Assembly (NCBI GenBank): GCA_000320545.1
Contig: ADNK01000870.1
Location: forward strand, 62,001 to 126,000
Reading direction: 5' to 3'
DNA: 64,000 bases
Source of the DNA: Bigelowiella natans CCMP2755
Taxonomy: Eukaryota > Protista > Cercozoa
Below, in pieces: positions 1 to 13,899 of this stretch; the stretch's first letter is position 1, and the number at the start of each line of letters is the position of its first letter. Both the position numbers and the translations under genes were made by a program. The notes under the pieces are model-generated. The model ran no database searches and was not told the origin of the DNA. It saw only the letters and a program-made list of their open reading frames with translations.

Positions 1-2559
1 CCATGCTACCTACCCCTGACAGCTGAAGAGGGAGAACGAATGATGAAGTTTGCAGAAGCTTATGAATTGATCCGGGTTTGTACCGAAAAGGCACAGAATG
101 CGTCCGAAAAAATACAGCGGGAAAAGGATTGCATTCTACAGAAAGTCGAGAAAAACTTTATGTCTGTGGCGAGGAAGCTGGAGACCGAGAAGACTCGAAT
201 CTGTCAAATGGTTAAGAAGAAGTATGGCGTTATCGAGAAGCGGCTGAGCGGCATCAAGGATCAATTAGAAAGTAGCATGGATGTTACCAAAATGACCGAG
301 AAGACTCTGAACAAGCAATCGCGTATCACCGAGTGGTCAGAGCAGAAGGCTCGCAAAGAGCTGATTCTGAAGGAGTCCGCTGCCATACTTGAAACGGTCC
401 ATCCTTTCTTGGTAGGCCTACCTTCTCTAGATGTTGCCTTCGACGACTACATATTCAGTAAGCTTCTGAGCTGTGAGAAGGATCAGAAGGATGGCAATTT
501 TCATGTCTGCGCCTTGAACATAACGCAGCCCGTGGTCGAAGGGAAATCCGTGATACAATCGGAAAAGGCGAAACGCGAGGAGGCGGAGAAGAGGCAGATA
601 GAAGAGGGAAAGGTCGGTTGATAATGTGAACCTAAATCAGAAGGGTAAGTGATATTTTCATTTTTGACCATTACATATCATTATTTTTCTCAGAGAAAAC
701 TGCGTGAGGCAAAACAGGCAGAGGAGAGAAAGACAGCTGCCGAGCGAAAGGATTGGGAAACGATGAGAGCGGCTATGCTCTCGGGTAGTGGTTCATCCTC
801 TCCAAAGAGCTTTGATGAGCCGAAAACGTGGATTCCTCTCAAGGACGCGGACAAGAAGGCCGTTGCGGCGTTCTTCGAGCATGTGAAGACCATTCAAGCC
901 TGGGAACGACGTGGGGTGCAGGCTCTACAGGAGCTCAACAACCATCACCACTACGAGACGAAGCGAGCACTCGCAGAGTTCAAAGCGCTCAATGCCCGTA
1001 TCGACAGAATTAATGCAAACACTGTCGAGTCGCTCGCAGGCACAGCCAAGCAACTCCGTCTGAAATTGCAGATCTCCATTGAGACTCTGCGCAAGCATCT
1101 CAACGAAGACTTGCCAAAGGTGGAGATTGAGCTCAACAAAAGGATCAAGGTGACCGACTTCTCTCTGCTGGAAGAGCGGAGCAAAAGCATTCGAGAATTG
1201 GTCAAAGCGACAATCGAAAAACCACATCCTTTCCTGCTCACAATGCCCAACGTTTCCATCACTCTCAGTCAAGAATTCAAAGAGGCTAAAACCGAGAAGT
1301 TGGTCACTGTCAACTGCACAGATGCGACCACCATGCCCAAATGGACTCTGGGTGTTGGTGGAGTTATTGACATGGCCGGCGGGTTCGAGGCCTTGTTGGA
1401 GACTCTTGGCGGGTTCGAGGCCTTGTTGAAGACTCTTGGCGGGTTCGAGGCCTTATGCAAGGGGGCTGGCGGGTTAGAGGCCTTGTTGAAGACTCTTGGC
1501 GGGTTCGAGGCCTTGTTGAAGACTCTTGGCGGATTCGAGGCCTTATGCAAGGGGGCTGGCGGGTTCGAGGCCTTATGCAAGGGGGCTGGCGGATTCGAGG
1601 CCTTGTTGAAGACTCTTGGCGGATTCGAGGCCTTGTTGAAGACTCTTGGCGGATTCGAGGCCTTATGCAAGGGGGCTGGCGGATTCGAGGCCTTATGCAA
1701 GGGGGCTGGCGGGTTCGAGGCCTTATGCAAAGGGGCTGGCGGATTCGAGGCCTTGTTGAAGACTCTTGGCGGATTCGAGGCCTTGTTGAAGACTCTTGGC
1801 GGGTTCGAGGCCTTATGCAAGGGGGCTGGCGGGTTCGAGGCCTTATGCAAGGGGGCTGGCGGATTCGAGGCCTTGTTGAAGACTCTTGGCGGATTCGAGG
1901 CCTTATGCAAGGGGGCTGGCGGGTTCGAGGCCTTATGCAAGGGGGCTGGCGGATTCGAGGCCTTGTTGAAGACTCTTGGCGGATTCGAGGCCTTATGCAA
2001 GGGGGCTGGCGGGTTCGAGGCCTTATGCAAGGGGGCTGGCGGGTTTCAGAAACTTTGCAAGGTTGGTGGTGGTTTCAAAGCGTTAGTGGATGGTGTGGGA
2101 TACGAAAACTGGTTAAGGTTGGCGGTACAACCATCTCAAATTTTCCGCAATGGGGAAAGATACCCCATGGATGTAACAGGGAATGGAAAAGTTGTGACAA
2201 GTTCAGGGAGAGCTCATGCTTTCGTGTCAGGTGCAGACAATGATCACTGCATCGTGAAGGTGGTGCAACAGGGACACTGCCCCTACAGTGGAATCGCACT
2301 TCTGAATTCTTCAAAGAAATACTCTGGTGGATCTAATGACCTCATGTGTCCATTCCAAGATGGTGACATGCGAAATGCATTTGGGGAAAAGAGGGAAACT
2401 CCCTCTTTCTCCAATGAAGCAGTTGTCATTTTCGCTCGTGAGGAGCAACACGTCACATGGTGTGTGAATGGCAAGCATGAAAGATTTGCAAGACCATCCA
2501 TTGAGACGAATTTGGTGGTGGTTTCGAATGGTGGAAGGGCAAAGTACAAAATCATGTAG
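1..2559 (+). CDS. Coiled-coil protein (TRIM/BBC-like, two copies) with 10-aa tandem repeat and C-terminal beta-rich (SPRY/B30.2-like) domain; probably 5'-partial
   Basis: Frame is open from position 1. ORFs 40..621 and 649..2559 join in frame through a GT-AG intron at 613-693. Two helical blocks each end in HPFLxxxP. The domain family call is inference. Confidence 0.7.
1381..2100 (+). repeat. Coding 30-bp minisatellite: 22 units of two types (GFEALLKTLG / GFEALCKGAG) plus 2 degenerate units
   Basis: 30-bp periodicity is directly visible at 1381-2040, degenerate to 2100. Confidence 0.98.
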
Positions 2560-4260
2560 GTGTTTTTTCACATGACATCAAACGATGCGACTTCGATGTT
2601 CTTGCCATGGATGCATCCCTTGTTAGTTCTTTCTTTTGTGCATCAACCCACACACATGCATGCGCACAGCCCCTGTTTGGTCCATGCGAATCACCTAGAT
2701 TCTTCTAGCCTCTGCAGAGCCGATGCTGACACGACGAGTTCTGTGGCCGTTCCAAGTGACTGCATGACTGGCGCATGGTGCATCTTGTTTCCGATGCATG
2801 CCACAATGTGACCAACCGCTGTTGACAGTTTTTGTGCAGCCACGCTCACCATGTAGAAGCTCAAACAACAATAATGAACGTGTCATAGCATGAGCATCCA
2901 GCTGTGCATCTTGCATGTCTAGGTGTGAGCAGCGCGTGCACAATGCAATGGTGCATGACACTGCTTGATCGGCATGTCTAGATGTGCGTAGCAGTGACAA
3001 CTGTGCTAGTGCGGTCAATCTTGTCACGCATCGATCCCCCAAGCATGCCTGGGACAAGTGACAACGCAACCATGCCGACTCATTGGCGTTCATTGTGAGC
3101 ATGCAATGATGCAATGAACATCATTGGAATGAATGCTGTCTGCAGACTGGCGAACGATGCATTCATTCGTGCGCATCGTTGAGATTTCACAATGTTTTGT
3201 GAAGCTTTGCAACAACAAACACACGCGTTTCTGTTTTTCATGTCACGTCTAGACGTCGTGCATGTGGTGTCACACAAATGTCTAGACATGCTGCAGTGCA
3301 GCTGTTCACACGCCGTTGTTACAGTCTAGCGCAGGCAGCCTTGCAGCAGCCATTCTAGCATTCTAGCATTCTAGCATTGCACTCTAGCATTCATGCATCT
3401 TGTGTCGCGGTGACGATGGCGCCGCTACCGCGCAAATACAGGGACATATATGTCCATGTACGTGTACGCGTAAGGAACACATGTACCCATGCACACCACA
3501 TGCACCTAAAAAGCACACATGCTCTGTGGATGCATGCATGTACATGTGAGCGCTGTCATTTGGCACACATGTAGCTATGGGTACATGTGAAGTACGCGAT
3601 GTACACATGTCGTAGACGGCTACACGTATAGGGACATGCATGTCCATGTACAAACACGTGAAACGTGAGAGGTGAATTGCAAATTTGATCACTGTCATCT
3701 AGCTTCAATCACGTCTCACTGTGTGAACGACTTTGTGAAACATGTGTGATCAAATGAAAGCATCGTGGAAGCCCAAGTTCGCGATGAGAGGATCTAGCCA
3801 TTGCGTTGTCACGCCTGCAATGTCTAGATGTGCATGTGGCTCAGCTTTCGTTTCAAAATCGATGGATCTAGTGATTGAAGCTGAAGATGACTCCATCATT
3901 GACAAATGAATGCGCGCTCATTGCTGGCGATGCGCCACATTGAACAACGAGGTTTGACTCACGTCACAATGTCCTAGATGTTGTTGATTCACACATGTGC
4001 ATCATCCGTGCATGCTTGTCGCACGCGTCATCACAACTGCAGTAAATGTGGTAGCTGCCTCATGCTAATGATAACATGCACGTGCACATGCCAGCATATC
4101 ACATCTAACACGTTTGAGTTTGCAGTTCGTGCCAATCCATGGGATTGTCGAAACAGCATTGACTTAACAAAATCGTCTTCGGACGCACTGCGGACATGAA
4201 TATTTTTAGCATGAACATGATTGCAAGCAAGTGCCCTAAACAATTAACACTTTTACATTA
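2560..4260. other. TpA-depleted, CATG/TGCA/CTAG-rich intergenic island
   Basis: TA occurs mostly in CTAG; the island lies between convergent genes. Confidence 0.8.
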
Positions 4261-4263
4261 CAT

Positions 4264-4346
4264 CGGCGGCGTGTAGCCGCCGCTTTGCATAGCTACATTA
4301 GGATGATAATTGAAAAAATATAATCATTTCATTATATTCGTTTCAC
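4264..4346 (+). repeat. Dispersed ~60-80 bp repeat, copy 1, with hairpin cggcggc-gtgta-gccgccg
   Basis: agctacattaggatgataattgaaaaaatataatcatttcattatattcgtttca resembles copies at 14187, 20176, 55796, 56221, 59795 and 60086. Confidence 0.8.
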
Positions 4347-4347
4347 A

Positions 4348-7300
4348 TTATAACGGTGGACCTGTAGCACCACTGAAATAAGGATCATTTATTCCGAAAT
4401 CTGCCTTCTCTTTAGCGATTTGAATCATTTTCTGTGCCTTCCTTTCTTTCAATAATTCTTCATCACAATCGTGATCTGAATGCTATATGACCAAACGAAC
4501 GTAGATGAGAAACAATATAGACGGGAGAATGTGAAAAAAAAGGGAATCTTGAAGAGAAAGGAGTATCGTGATGCAATGAGAATATACGTCAACACACCAC
4601 AAATCCTGGCATATGCGTTTGATCATCTTTCGTGGGATCGTAGTTCGGGTCTATTTCTGAGATATAATGAAGTGGGCAATGTCATGGGCATTGAGAATGC
4701 TTGGAGAAGGAGATGGAGTAAGAAGAACATCGAAAATACGGAATTACACACGATAACAGAGCTAAGCAAAGCTTTTTCAGAGAATGATTACTTTGGAGAA
4801 ATTGCCCATTCATCTGAAATCAGTACTACCTTTCATTTTTCTTGTGTGCCGTTCTTCGGCATGAATGCATCTGTGAATCAATTATATCATCAACATGCTT
4901 CCTCCTACCGACTACATTTGCCACATAAGAATTAGACTCATGATACTCATTTGGTATGCTGCAAGTCATATGAAATCTCGAAAGGATGGAAGTAATAACG
5001 CATATGATGAGATATGATGACGAAGATTGTACGCTACGAAACTATTAGAATGGTTACCCAAAGTATTTGTTGTTGAGCGCCTCTTCTAGCAAACTAATGA
5101 TCGATACGAAGACAAAGCTGGTAAATTTACGGCTAGTGCTGCTGCTGCTGCATTACGGCGTATTAAGAAAACTTAGCACACGTACACACACACACACACT
5201 ATATATATATATATATATATATATCACCTAAAGGAAGATCTGAAAACCCAAACATCTGCATGCTCTTTTGGGAGTATCAGATACGCTCCTTTTTCTACGA
5301 AACCTATGATGAAATAGTAGTGTACCATGAATAGAACAATATCATTTTGAAGCGTTATCGCTGTTCTTCTCCCTCGAAACTATTGTGACGTTTCTTCTTC
5401 GTCTAATGCTTTGTCATGATAATTGTTGTTGTGTTATCTTCGTGTTACTCACTACCCATTGCCTCGAAGAACTTCTTCACGCCAATCATGGGATGCAAGT
5501 CACATGTTTTTATCTCACGTGCTCTAAGCAGGAAACAACAAGAAATACAGTGACTGGTTCCTTTCGATTTGCTTCTTTGGATATACACACCACCAACACT
5601 TTCTAATATAACATATCACGTTTTCCCTTCAACTGCTGATACATATTTTCTATGATGTGAATTCACTTAAACTACTTGCATTCATCTTCCTTCGACAGAC
5701 AAGGATCATAACCAACTGCTACTACAACTTCTGCTACCGACTACTGCTACTATTACTTTTCATCGTGGGGGTCATTGTACAGCTTTCTCACGAAGTAGCT
5801 AATTGAGATGAAGGCCTACATGATGATAAATATTACAAGCAGCAGAATGCTGGTGTTACCTACTGCTATTGTCGTATCTGCAGTAGCACATACTACTACT
5901 AGTAGTACTAGTACAATTAGTTTGACTCTATTACCTCTTTAGCCTCTTTGTAGTCGTTGAGCTTCATATCGACTAGAATATCACCAAGCTGTGGTAGCGT
6001 TGAACCAACGGATAAGACAATTGCAAGTTTTCTTCCCCTCACAAGTAAACAACAACATCATCATCGTTTGGTAGTAGTAAGGAGTGATACTAGCGCATAC
6101 CTCCACGTACACCTCCAGCAGCCATGATGAATTGCTCTGTGACCACAATCATCATCAACAACATCACTATCATCGCCTCGGGTAAGCAGCATCAAATGAT
6201 TCAATAGAGTGATAGAAAAGAAAACAGTAGCCATTGTATGAGGAACTTTGGATGTAACATGAACCAACAGCAGCAGAGGTGTATATATCACACTGCTTTT
6301 GAAGGTGTTAAAAATAGGAGTTTCACATGGCCGTCTCATACAGCTAAAAGATAATATCTCAAGTAGTAGTGGCACCATGATCGCTGCTGCTGCTACTACT
6401 ACTACTACTACTACTACTACTAGTAGTAGTAGTAGTAGTGCTTGATGTCAGTTATAATTAGCGTACTTCAGTGAGAGGTCGTCGTGGAAACTCTAGCTCT
6501 TCCGGTATATGCTCCCTTTCATTGGAAGAGGAAGAAGAAGAAGAAGAAGAAGAAGAAGAAGAAGAAATCGATAGTAAGCAACAAAAGTATGTATAAGACG
6601 CAGTTATTCGCAAATAAATCAAATCGATGTTATTGTTCGACTCATGTCCTTGTTGAGGAAACAAATAAGAAGTACTTGCTTGTAGGAGAGGCTTAGTCAT
6701 AGTAGTAATACTTGTAGTAGTAGTAGTAGTAACATGCAGAAGTAGGAGCACGATACATCTACCCATTATTTGCTATTACTCGCAATCACGTACCTCATCT
6801 CCATCAACGTCGGCCCTTCAGCACGGTTGCGGAACTCTTCGACGTTCCTAAAGAGTGGGGGGGGAGAAGAAGATGAAGGAGGAGGACGACGAAATCCAGG
6901 TGGAATACCCTTTCTCTTTTCTCTTGTTCTCTCTACTATTATCATCGATAGTACTAATGAAAAGTAGAAATACTCATAGTAACGTATAGAACAGTGCAGC
7001 ATCATCATCTGTTAATAATGGGCAAATACCGATTCAATACTTCTCTGAATCTATCCATCTCTTGCTGTATTTCGTCTACAGTCTTGTTGGACTCAAGATA
7101 CCTTCGATATTAGTAGCAGCAACAACAACAACAACAACGATGGTGATGATGATGATTATAATAATAATAATAACGATGATGATACAAAAAGAACACTGCC
7201 AGCACGATTTTTGGTACACGTTCTCCTTTGCCTTAAATGGTGTCGTTGTTGTTGTTTTCGGTATTGGTCTTGCACGTTTAGTATGCGGATGATGTGTATC

Positions 7301-7576
7301 CTTACAATTCATCTTCCTTTTCGTAGGCAAGTCGCTCGATCTCGCTGGAGTGAAATAACGGTCATTAAAAAGTAGCACAACACGAATAACAACCAAACTA
7401 TTACGATCTAATTACGGTTGATGAATTAATTTTCTCCATTGTCTCCCTCCCCCTCTAGCTTCCTCCTGTATGTTTGTCTTTTTGGTTGTCTTTTTTTTCA
7501 TGTTTTCTCCACACTGTTTGATGTCGTAATCATCCCGCTCTCGGATTCTTTTCTTTTCCTCCAATAACTTCTCTGA

Positions 7577-7617
<41 letters not shown>

Positions 7618-8123
7618 AAAAGAACAAAAAGAGACGAGAGGTTGCAATAATTTAGTACTTGAATGCAAATAGCATCATCATCATCATCATCATCATCGTC
7701 ATCCTCATTAGGTCAGCAGTGCATCTACTAGTATATCTGCAACAAGAACCCCTCTTTTGTAACGTCAGACTAGTTAGATAGTGTAGGCAATGCGTGCTGC
7801 TGCTACTACTATTACTTTCCCATAAGGAAATAGAGCTTTGGATTGAAACTGGGGTGTACTTCTCCGGTACTTGATACTTGTTTAAATAGACGACTACTGA
7901 CACAATAACTACAACTACTACCACTGCTGCTACTACCACCTTGAATGGCTTCCTCTTCTCGTTCTCCTATATCACTTCCCTCTTCATCAATCTAAAGTTT
8001 GTTTATTTATACACACCAACACTGTTGATAATGAGAATGTAGCTTGGATTGATGTACCATACAGCTAAAACATATATACTGATCACATCTATTCCTGGTG
8101 TGCACGTATCTCAAATAAATATA

Positions 8124-8154
<31 letters not shown>

Positions 8155-8609
8155 TTGTTTCTTCTTTTTCTTCTTCTTCTTCTTCTTCTTGCTGTTGTTT
8201 CTCTTAACATGACCCCTGCGTCTCGAGTGAAATTGCTTCTAAGCTCTTGCTTGTATAGCATGTCGTTTTTGAGATGCACACGTCGTGTCCACCTGATTGC
8301 CAATGACGACAAGAAGAAGAAGAAGAAGAAGAAATTGCAATGAGAAACAATATCAGTAATTCATATTTATAATCATCAGTAGGTAGTATTAGCCTGTGGT
8401 AGTTGTGGAAATCAAAAGGAACATAGTTGCGTAGCCAAACAATTGTGTTGGGTGAAAATGGCTGCTCGTGTTCGTCATCCATACTTTCTAGGCTGATATC
8501 GTCTTAGCTTTTCATCTTCCACAAACCTAGTTAAATGTACAATAAATAATACATCTACACTTACACTCAGCAGCAATAGCATCACCACCACCACCAGCAA
8601 AGAAGTCAT

Positions 8610-8643
<34 letters not shown>

Positions 8644-9302
8644 GTAGCACCAGATGCACGCATATAACATAAATACATACTGCTGCATACTGATATATTT
8701 GGTGAATTGCGGTGAATGACTTCATAACACGCAACTTAAACCCATTCGAATGTTTTATACGGCTGCTACTGGAAAGCAATCATTATATGAATATAAATGT
8801 TTCTTCAGAAGGCCTCTACCCACCCCCTATATCCAAGAGCTGCTGTTCGGTCTGGAGTGTTCAATTCCTAAAACAACATCGTGGTATCTCCATTGTTACT
8901 ACCATCGATTGCCCAAGTAAAATTGAATCTTGGACAAATAAGTAGTTGTAGTAGTAGTAGCAGGACCACCACCACCACCAGCATAAGCAGCATCAAGGAG
9001 AAGCAACATGCTACATCTTGAACGAGAAGGTGGACGTATAGACTGCTTATAATCGTATGCAGCTCTTGATACAGCTGCAGATACATGATTTACACTACTT
9101 CTACCGCTGCTGCTACTAACAATAATACTACTGAGCGATTTTAGCTCTTCTTGAATGATAGAAAGATGGATATTTGATTCATATAAAAACTATGTTGTTT
9201 GTGTTCGAAAGAGAATGTAATACATCCGCAGTTAAGTCTGCAGAGAGAGCGTCTGCATCAGCGTCCATGACTTTTGCAAACATAAGTTTCTCCACCTATG
9301 GC

Positions 9303-9337
<35 letters not shown>

Positions 9338-9906
9338 AATCGTAAGCATATCATTGTCGCAGTGAATGGTCGCGGTAATTATAACCACCGACTACAAGAT
9401 TGAATTCTGTTAATATTTCATGCCTTATGGCTGTGTTGTCACCTTCTGCTTGACGAATGAGATATGTGTATAGTAGTAAATTCTTTAGATGGTAAAGAAC
9501 CTACCTTTGAGAAGTTCCCATTTGTAACCCATTTTCCACCAAGGTTTTCCCAAGGTCGTCCATGCTCCATCTCCCACTCTTCTTTCTTCAGAATTATAAC
9601 AATGTAATGGTCACATATGCTACAACATTATTAATACGCCATATCAGTGAAGCTGATTATTTAAATCGGCAGTTGTATAAAATTTGTCGTTTTTGGTTAC
9701 TTATTCTAAGGGTCTTTAAATACTAATGTGAGATGACGCATACTTACCTCAATTTCTTCTCTTTCTTTCTTCTCCTTTGCTTCTCTCCTTTTCACACCCT
9801 CCTCTGACTTTTCGGATTTCTCCATCTCCTAAATACCATATAGTTCCTACTCAATACGTGCGTGATTGACTAATCAGCTCCCTCCTTCCCACACACACAC
9901 CACATC

Positions 9907-9947
<41 letters not shown>

Positions 9948-11088
9948 GCAGACGACGATGGTGATGATGATGATGATTATCGATCACGTTGTCGAGGTAA
10001 CCTGGCGGTTCATTTCGTCGATTTCCTTCAATACTTGATCCATAGGCTTGGTGTAATTGCCAGATATATTCAGGCGTTTCAATCGTGAAGATGCTTGCTC
10101 AAGCATATCCTGTGAAGAAAAGGTATTATTGGAGCAACAATCCCGTTGTTCAGATTTTTATCTAATTAATTCTAACATAAATATTTCTTGAAAGAGAACT
10201 AGACTTTCAATGTTCGACGGAACCAATTCCATTCGCCACTGGCTCTATTGGCGTTTGCTGTTGCTGCCCCTCCCAATAGTTTTGCTACAATGCGACGAAG
10301 AGAGATTTACTTCTATTTTTGTCGCCTAATAGGCTGCTCTAGTCGCTAGTCCCAACTATCGTTGCAGCTTCTCGAAATTTATACCTCGCTACCGCTGAGA
10401 ACATCAAGCCCTTTCATTGATCGCGCTCTCAAGTGTTCCTCTGTTTTATTTCCCAAGGCCTTGCTGTTTACAACCATTTCCACATTGAAGTTTGTTTCAT
10501 TAGATGTAGGAACGAATGAGAAGGAGCAGGAGGAGGAGGAAGAGGAGGAGGAGAAGGGCTGTGCGTTTTACTAGAAAGGAAAAATGAAGTATGATATGCG
10601 AGATGTATTATCATAATCATTTGTAAGTAGTCGCAGTCAGTAAGCGGTTCTAATTACGCAGCAGCAGCAGCAGCAGAGAGAACGATGATGAATAGTAAAG
10701 AACAGCATAAACCTAAATTCTGCGAAGTCACGCTCAAAGCCAGGGTCACCAATCCACCGTGCCTCTACCTTCCTTTCAGATCTAATCGATTATGTCGCAA
10801 TCGTAGCATTAGGAGAGGGTTAGGGTTAGGGTTAGGGTTAGGGTTAGGGTTAGGGTTAGGGTTAGGGTTTTCGAAGAGTGTGATTGAGTCTGCAAGAAAG
10901 TTGTTCTCATCTACTGGTACCCACCCGTCGTCGCTGTGACCTGCGAAGCCCCACTCTTTACCACCCCTGATACTGTGTAGCCTTTTTATTGTCACTCTCC
11001 GACGGCTGACTTTCCTTTGGACGGAACACGCAAGGGCCAGGTGCACAATGATGATGAGAAAAAGAGGGCCTGCCCGGGACCGAGCCAT
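4348..11088 (-). CDS. Multi-exon protein with putative signal+transit peptide and a PUB-like domain near the C-terminus
   Basis: N-terminus MARSRAGPLFLIIIVHLALAC...SIRGG; about 20 short GT-AG-bounded exons between microsatellite introns; IGVKKFFEAMGFVEKGAYLILP...EEALNNKYFG resembles PUB domains; stop at 4348. Confidence 0.6.
10816..10867 (+). repeat. Interstitial telomere-like repeat (TTAGGG)8
   Basis: Eight perfect copies at 10820-10867, probably inside the first intron of the 4348-11088 gene. Confidence 0.95.
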
Positions 11089-11256
11089 CGGAGAGAGCCG
11101 CCACGAGAACTCAATCCTTGATTGCTTATTACTGCGACATGCCTTTTCCCTTGACGCAGATGCATTTTCCCCTTTCCCGACAGCATGGAATCCTCTTCAT
11201 TTCTTCTTTACGACATAGTACTCGTTGAAAAACTTCACTTTTGAGAAGAAGGAAGA

Positions 11257-13899
11257 ATGGATGCAGACGACCTTCGTGATGCGATTCTTAGACTTCCGGG
11301 AACCAATAATAAGCTCCCTCAGGTCATCAAGAATAAGCAGGAGGGATTTCCGTAACGATACAAACGAATATTTTAGGCTCGGGAGATTGGTGTATTGATA
11401 ATCGATATGCTGGACGACGAAGAGGTGAAAGAAATATCTCGACAATCCGTGCAACAATAGATTTCAAATTGCTCTCCTAAGCTTGAACAACGAATTTGTG
11501 TCAGATTCTTGAAACTCTCTCCGAAGCGGTAGGAACGGGGAAACTTGAAAACTTAGAAAATGCTTTGATACAGATCATGGAACAAGAGGGTAATAATCAT
11601 TTGCCTAATATAATTGTAATAGTGCACTATTCAAAGCGTTTTCGCACCTTCTTGAAATTCGATGTAGGTTTGGACAAGGAATCCTTCAACCTTCCTGAAG
11701 ACCAGGTCTAAATAGTCGAATATGTCGAGCAAACCGAATGCATCGAGCAATTAAAAACTGCGAACCTTGTTTTCATTCATATGGCGGCTTGGACTTTATA
11801 TTTTCATGGATTAAATTTTCTTATTACTTTTTGTCAAAATTATGTTTTAATGATATTTTTGTAATCTTAAATCGTAGGATTCGTTGCAAATCCCACTCGA
11901 CGAAGCGCGCATCGATCGCCTAAACTACATTCACAAGTTGCTCTTCAATGTAAGAATTGGTTGTATTGATAATTCATATCAGCATTCAAAATTTGTTATA
12001 TGTAGGCTGGAGGAGGTACACGCATTGCGGAGATGGTTTTTATGTTTTATACAGAAAGCCCTCTGGAGGTATTTTCCGATTACATTTGAGAAAGAGAGAT
12101 GCCTGTCTTCTGAATCTCAATAAATATGGCGTGTTATATGTTTTAATCGTATAGCTATCGCGATTACAGCTCGTCTGCAAGGTCACTCGAAAAAGATAAA
12201 AAATACATCCATATGGAAGTTAAATTTTGTGTGTGCTAGTTTTGCGGAAAATAAAATATTCTTTACATGTTATCTCAGCTTTGGAATAAACGACTTCAAT
12301 CCAACTCCTTTTGGAGGCCGCTTGCGACGAAGTAAGTGAAAACGGAAAGAACAAAGATTCCGAGAATATTTTACGAAAATTTTGGCCATCCCAGAAAATG
12401 GACTTATCTTGCGGCAATAGACCCTGCAATCATCAAGAATTGGAGGCTCTTCTACGCGGCCAGGTCGGAAAAGGAAATTTGCAAAGAGAGGCATGGCGAA
12501 GATCATGAGAGGCGAGGGGGAGATCACAATAATGAGAATGCCGTTTTAGTCTGCAAACGTACAGCTATGGCGTTGCTTCTTGATATATATCGTATCCTTG
12601 CCGTCTGTTCGATTTGATTTAAAGTCATTTAACATTTAAAGCATTGGCCTTACAGCCTTACAACTCAATATTATCATCAACGCCTATTCTGATCATTAGG
12701 ACAGTTGCGTTGCTTGAATCCCGCAACAAGGGATCAAAAGTACGGCCGTGGCTCGGGAAAAATGATAGCTCGAAGGAAGTTGTTCCCATTGGTATTTTAT
12801 GCACAAATTGTACATAAACTGAATTACTATTAAGTTGATTATTCCATTTGCAGAAAACTGTGCATATGGGCTGGTACCGTTTGAAGAGAAAAATTTGCCA
12901 AGTGGTTTCAAATGGTATGTAAACAATGAATGATTGAGTTTCGAAAATGAAGGAACCGGCTTGATAAAATAAATGTATATGACGGCTTTGGTTCGTTATC
13001 ACGACTTAAAATTGTCTTGTAATTCAAGAAATATTATGATATAAACAAGCATTTCTGTATACATAAAGAAATCATAATTATCTTCTTTAAGCATAGTTAC
13101 AAAATCACTTTGAAATTGATTTTCTGATTGATGATGGAATCTTTCTCACATACTTCAATCTACTGTTGTACAGGAAGGTAGAAAATATTTGTATTCCTTC
13201 AAAATGCGGCAAGCAAAATTTAAATTTTTTATAAAATTAGTTTAAATGTCCTGTATCTCTGGCTAATCTCAAAAAAACAAAGAATATGAAGGTAGGTAGT
13301 TTGATGCGTAGTAACTCTGCATCATTCAATGATACTTTTTACGATGAGCAATTATATGCTTTGCTGATGTAAGTCATTTCTTGACACCAGGAAATGCAGT
13401 TCTGCACTATTCATTTCCGAACATATCCTCTTAGTATATGGAATTTCAAAATGTTATGCATATTTCTGTGAGTGCAACGAAATTTCAACTGGACGAATCC
13501 CCGTATTTCATTTTTGTCACCAATTATTAGGTGGACTATTGCAACATTTGCAAGAAGAATGTTTATTTGGTGCAAAATGAGGTACCTAAGTATTCTCGCG
13601 TAGCAATTATCAGAGATGCTCACTTCACTTTCTCAATCGCAGGGGGAGTTAAAGGAGCATGTTAGCAAAGGAAATTGTGTAGCCCTCGATCTAGAACAAA
13701 AGGTAATGATGATTCTATACACCTTCAAATTATCCAAAGAGTATGCATGCTTATATTCTCTAGTCGTTCACGACATGCTTTTTTTATTCAATCACTCCCC
13801 AGATTGCATCAGTCCGTGGCCCTCGTCCTCGCCCTCATCCCATACGAAGAGGGAGAGTTGCCATTCGTAGACCCATGCTTCGATGATCCGCTGCTTTAA
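11257..13899 (+). CDS. Hypothetical multi-exon protein (start and exon chain uncertain)
   Basis: Series of short exons with GT/AG flanks (e.g. DSLQIPLDEARIDRLNYIHKLLFN); last exon LHQSVALVLALIPYEEGELPFVDPCFDDPLL*. Confidence 0.45.

Noticed and set aside
1381-2040. 30-bp repeats as a CRISPR array
   Set aside because: Units are contiguous with no unique spacers, are in-frame coding, sit in a eukaryotic context, and no cas genes are present.
1269-2243. Overlapping ORFs 1269..2030 (-) and 1455..2243 (+)
   Set aside because: Stop-free shadows of the tandem repeat in other frames.
2560-4243. Many short His/Cys/Met-rich ORFs here and in other islands
   Set aside because: TpA depletion removes TAA/TAG stops and catg/tgca richness produces these residues; no motifs recognised.
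4480-4935. 151-aa plus-strand ORF
   Set aside because: Antisense to the terminal exons of the 4348-11088 gene; no recognisable motif.
10816-10867. Chromosome end or subtelomere
   Set aside because: Only eight units, with ordinary genes on both sides.
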